A DNA stretch of 64,000 bases, taken from the IMG/VR virus record IMGVR_UViG_3300049046_000039, positions 1 through 64,000 of that record; one strand, 5' to 3'. This stretch comes from a virus. The notes beneath the pieces were generated by a model. That model saw only the letters and a list, made by a program, of their open reading frames with translations. It made no database searches and was not told where the DNA came from. Position 1 is the first letter of the stretch; the number at the start of each line of letters is the position of its first letter. A program made the translations under genes and the position numbers. Below, in pieces: positions 63,581-64,000 of this stretch.

Positions 63581-64000
63581 TTACTCTCCATGGTAGAAGT
63601 ACAGTATCTCTGAGAAGCCCTCGCTCTCGTGCGGCGGCTGCATTCTCTTTCTCATGTTCTCTACCACTTCGTGTGAGACCACCTTCTCGGGTCGTCTCGC
63701 TCTGCGATGGAGTAGGACTTCGTACTCGACGTCGTGAAACACTGCCACTACGTCGTATCCAGCTTTCCTAAGCGGAGTAATGAGCGCGGCTCTGGCATCT
63801 CTACTCAAGTTTGTACGATCGATTACTAAATTCTTATCGGTCTCGATAGCTCGATCTATGTCTCTGTTGAAGACTCGGTTAGCGAACTGGATGAGATCGT
63901 GAAACACTTCGTTGTAGCCAAAGTCGTACTTCGAGGATACGAAGTCTATGACGTGATCGCTAGAAGCTGCTATATAACTGCCATCGTGGAAAGCATTGTT
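63581..64000 (-). CDS. Partial polynucleotide-kinase-like (AAA_33) P-loop protein
   Basis: ASSDHVI; VIDRTNL....R; R..R..K.V...V...M; P...EGF. Confidence 0.7.
   Translation of the reverse strand, partial: NNAFHDGSYIAASSDHVIDFVSSKYDFGYNEVFHDLIQFANRVFNRDIDRAIETDKNLVIDRTNLSRDARAALITPLRKAGYDVVAVFHDVEYEVLLHRRARRPEKVVSHEVVENMRKRMQPPHESEGFSEILYFYHGE

Noticed and set aside
1-64000. Genome-wide TAG reassignment (alternative genetic code) suggested by the CUA tRNA
   Set aside because: Core genes are intact in the standard code, and TAG ends ORFs immediately before the next RBS or start (2406, 13840, 62797, 63068)

Overview
A 64-kb segment of a large T4-like myophage genome. The host is probably an alphaproteobacterium, judging from a two-piece tmRNA with tag ANDNNVLALAA. 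Layout: 1-14.7 kb, small early hypothetical ORFs driven by repeated TTTACA-17-TA(G/T)AAT promoters; 14.9-20.1 kb, collagen-like fibre module; 20.2-23 kb, DNA ligase, receiver-like protein and K+ channel; 23-33 kb, baseplate/tail/head-completion genes (gp25, split gp5, gp27-like, gp53, gp48, gp4, gp2, gp54-like, gp26/51, tape-measure-like muramidase); 33.9-53 kb, replication, transcription and auxiliary genes (gp32, NadV plus NadM-Nudix, gp59, gp33, tmRNA, PhoH, RNase H, glycosyltransferase, RlpA, glutaredoxin); 53-64 kb, an RNA/translation-centred island. Two candidate systems stand out in that island. (1) A Ro60/TROVE-like DUF2828-vWA gene flanked by seven ncRNA cassettes that share a closing stem plus a CAGCAA motif. 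Five carry tRNA modules, four of them circularly permuted, including a complete permuted tRNA-Asn with internal CCA. (2) An amber-suppressor tRNA(CUA) upstream of two ORFs with in-frame TAG-AAC. The second is an MR*NSTGPP* leader whose end can pair with the RBS of a PTH2-like gene. Other highlights: a covarying two-hairpin RNA motif before both NAD-salvage genes, an anti-Shine-Dalgarno sRNA candidate, and a -1 frameshift joining gp26 to gp51. All family assignments come from motif recognition by eye; no database search was run.
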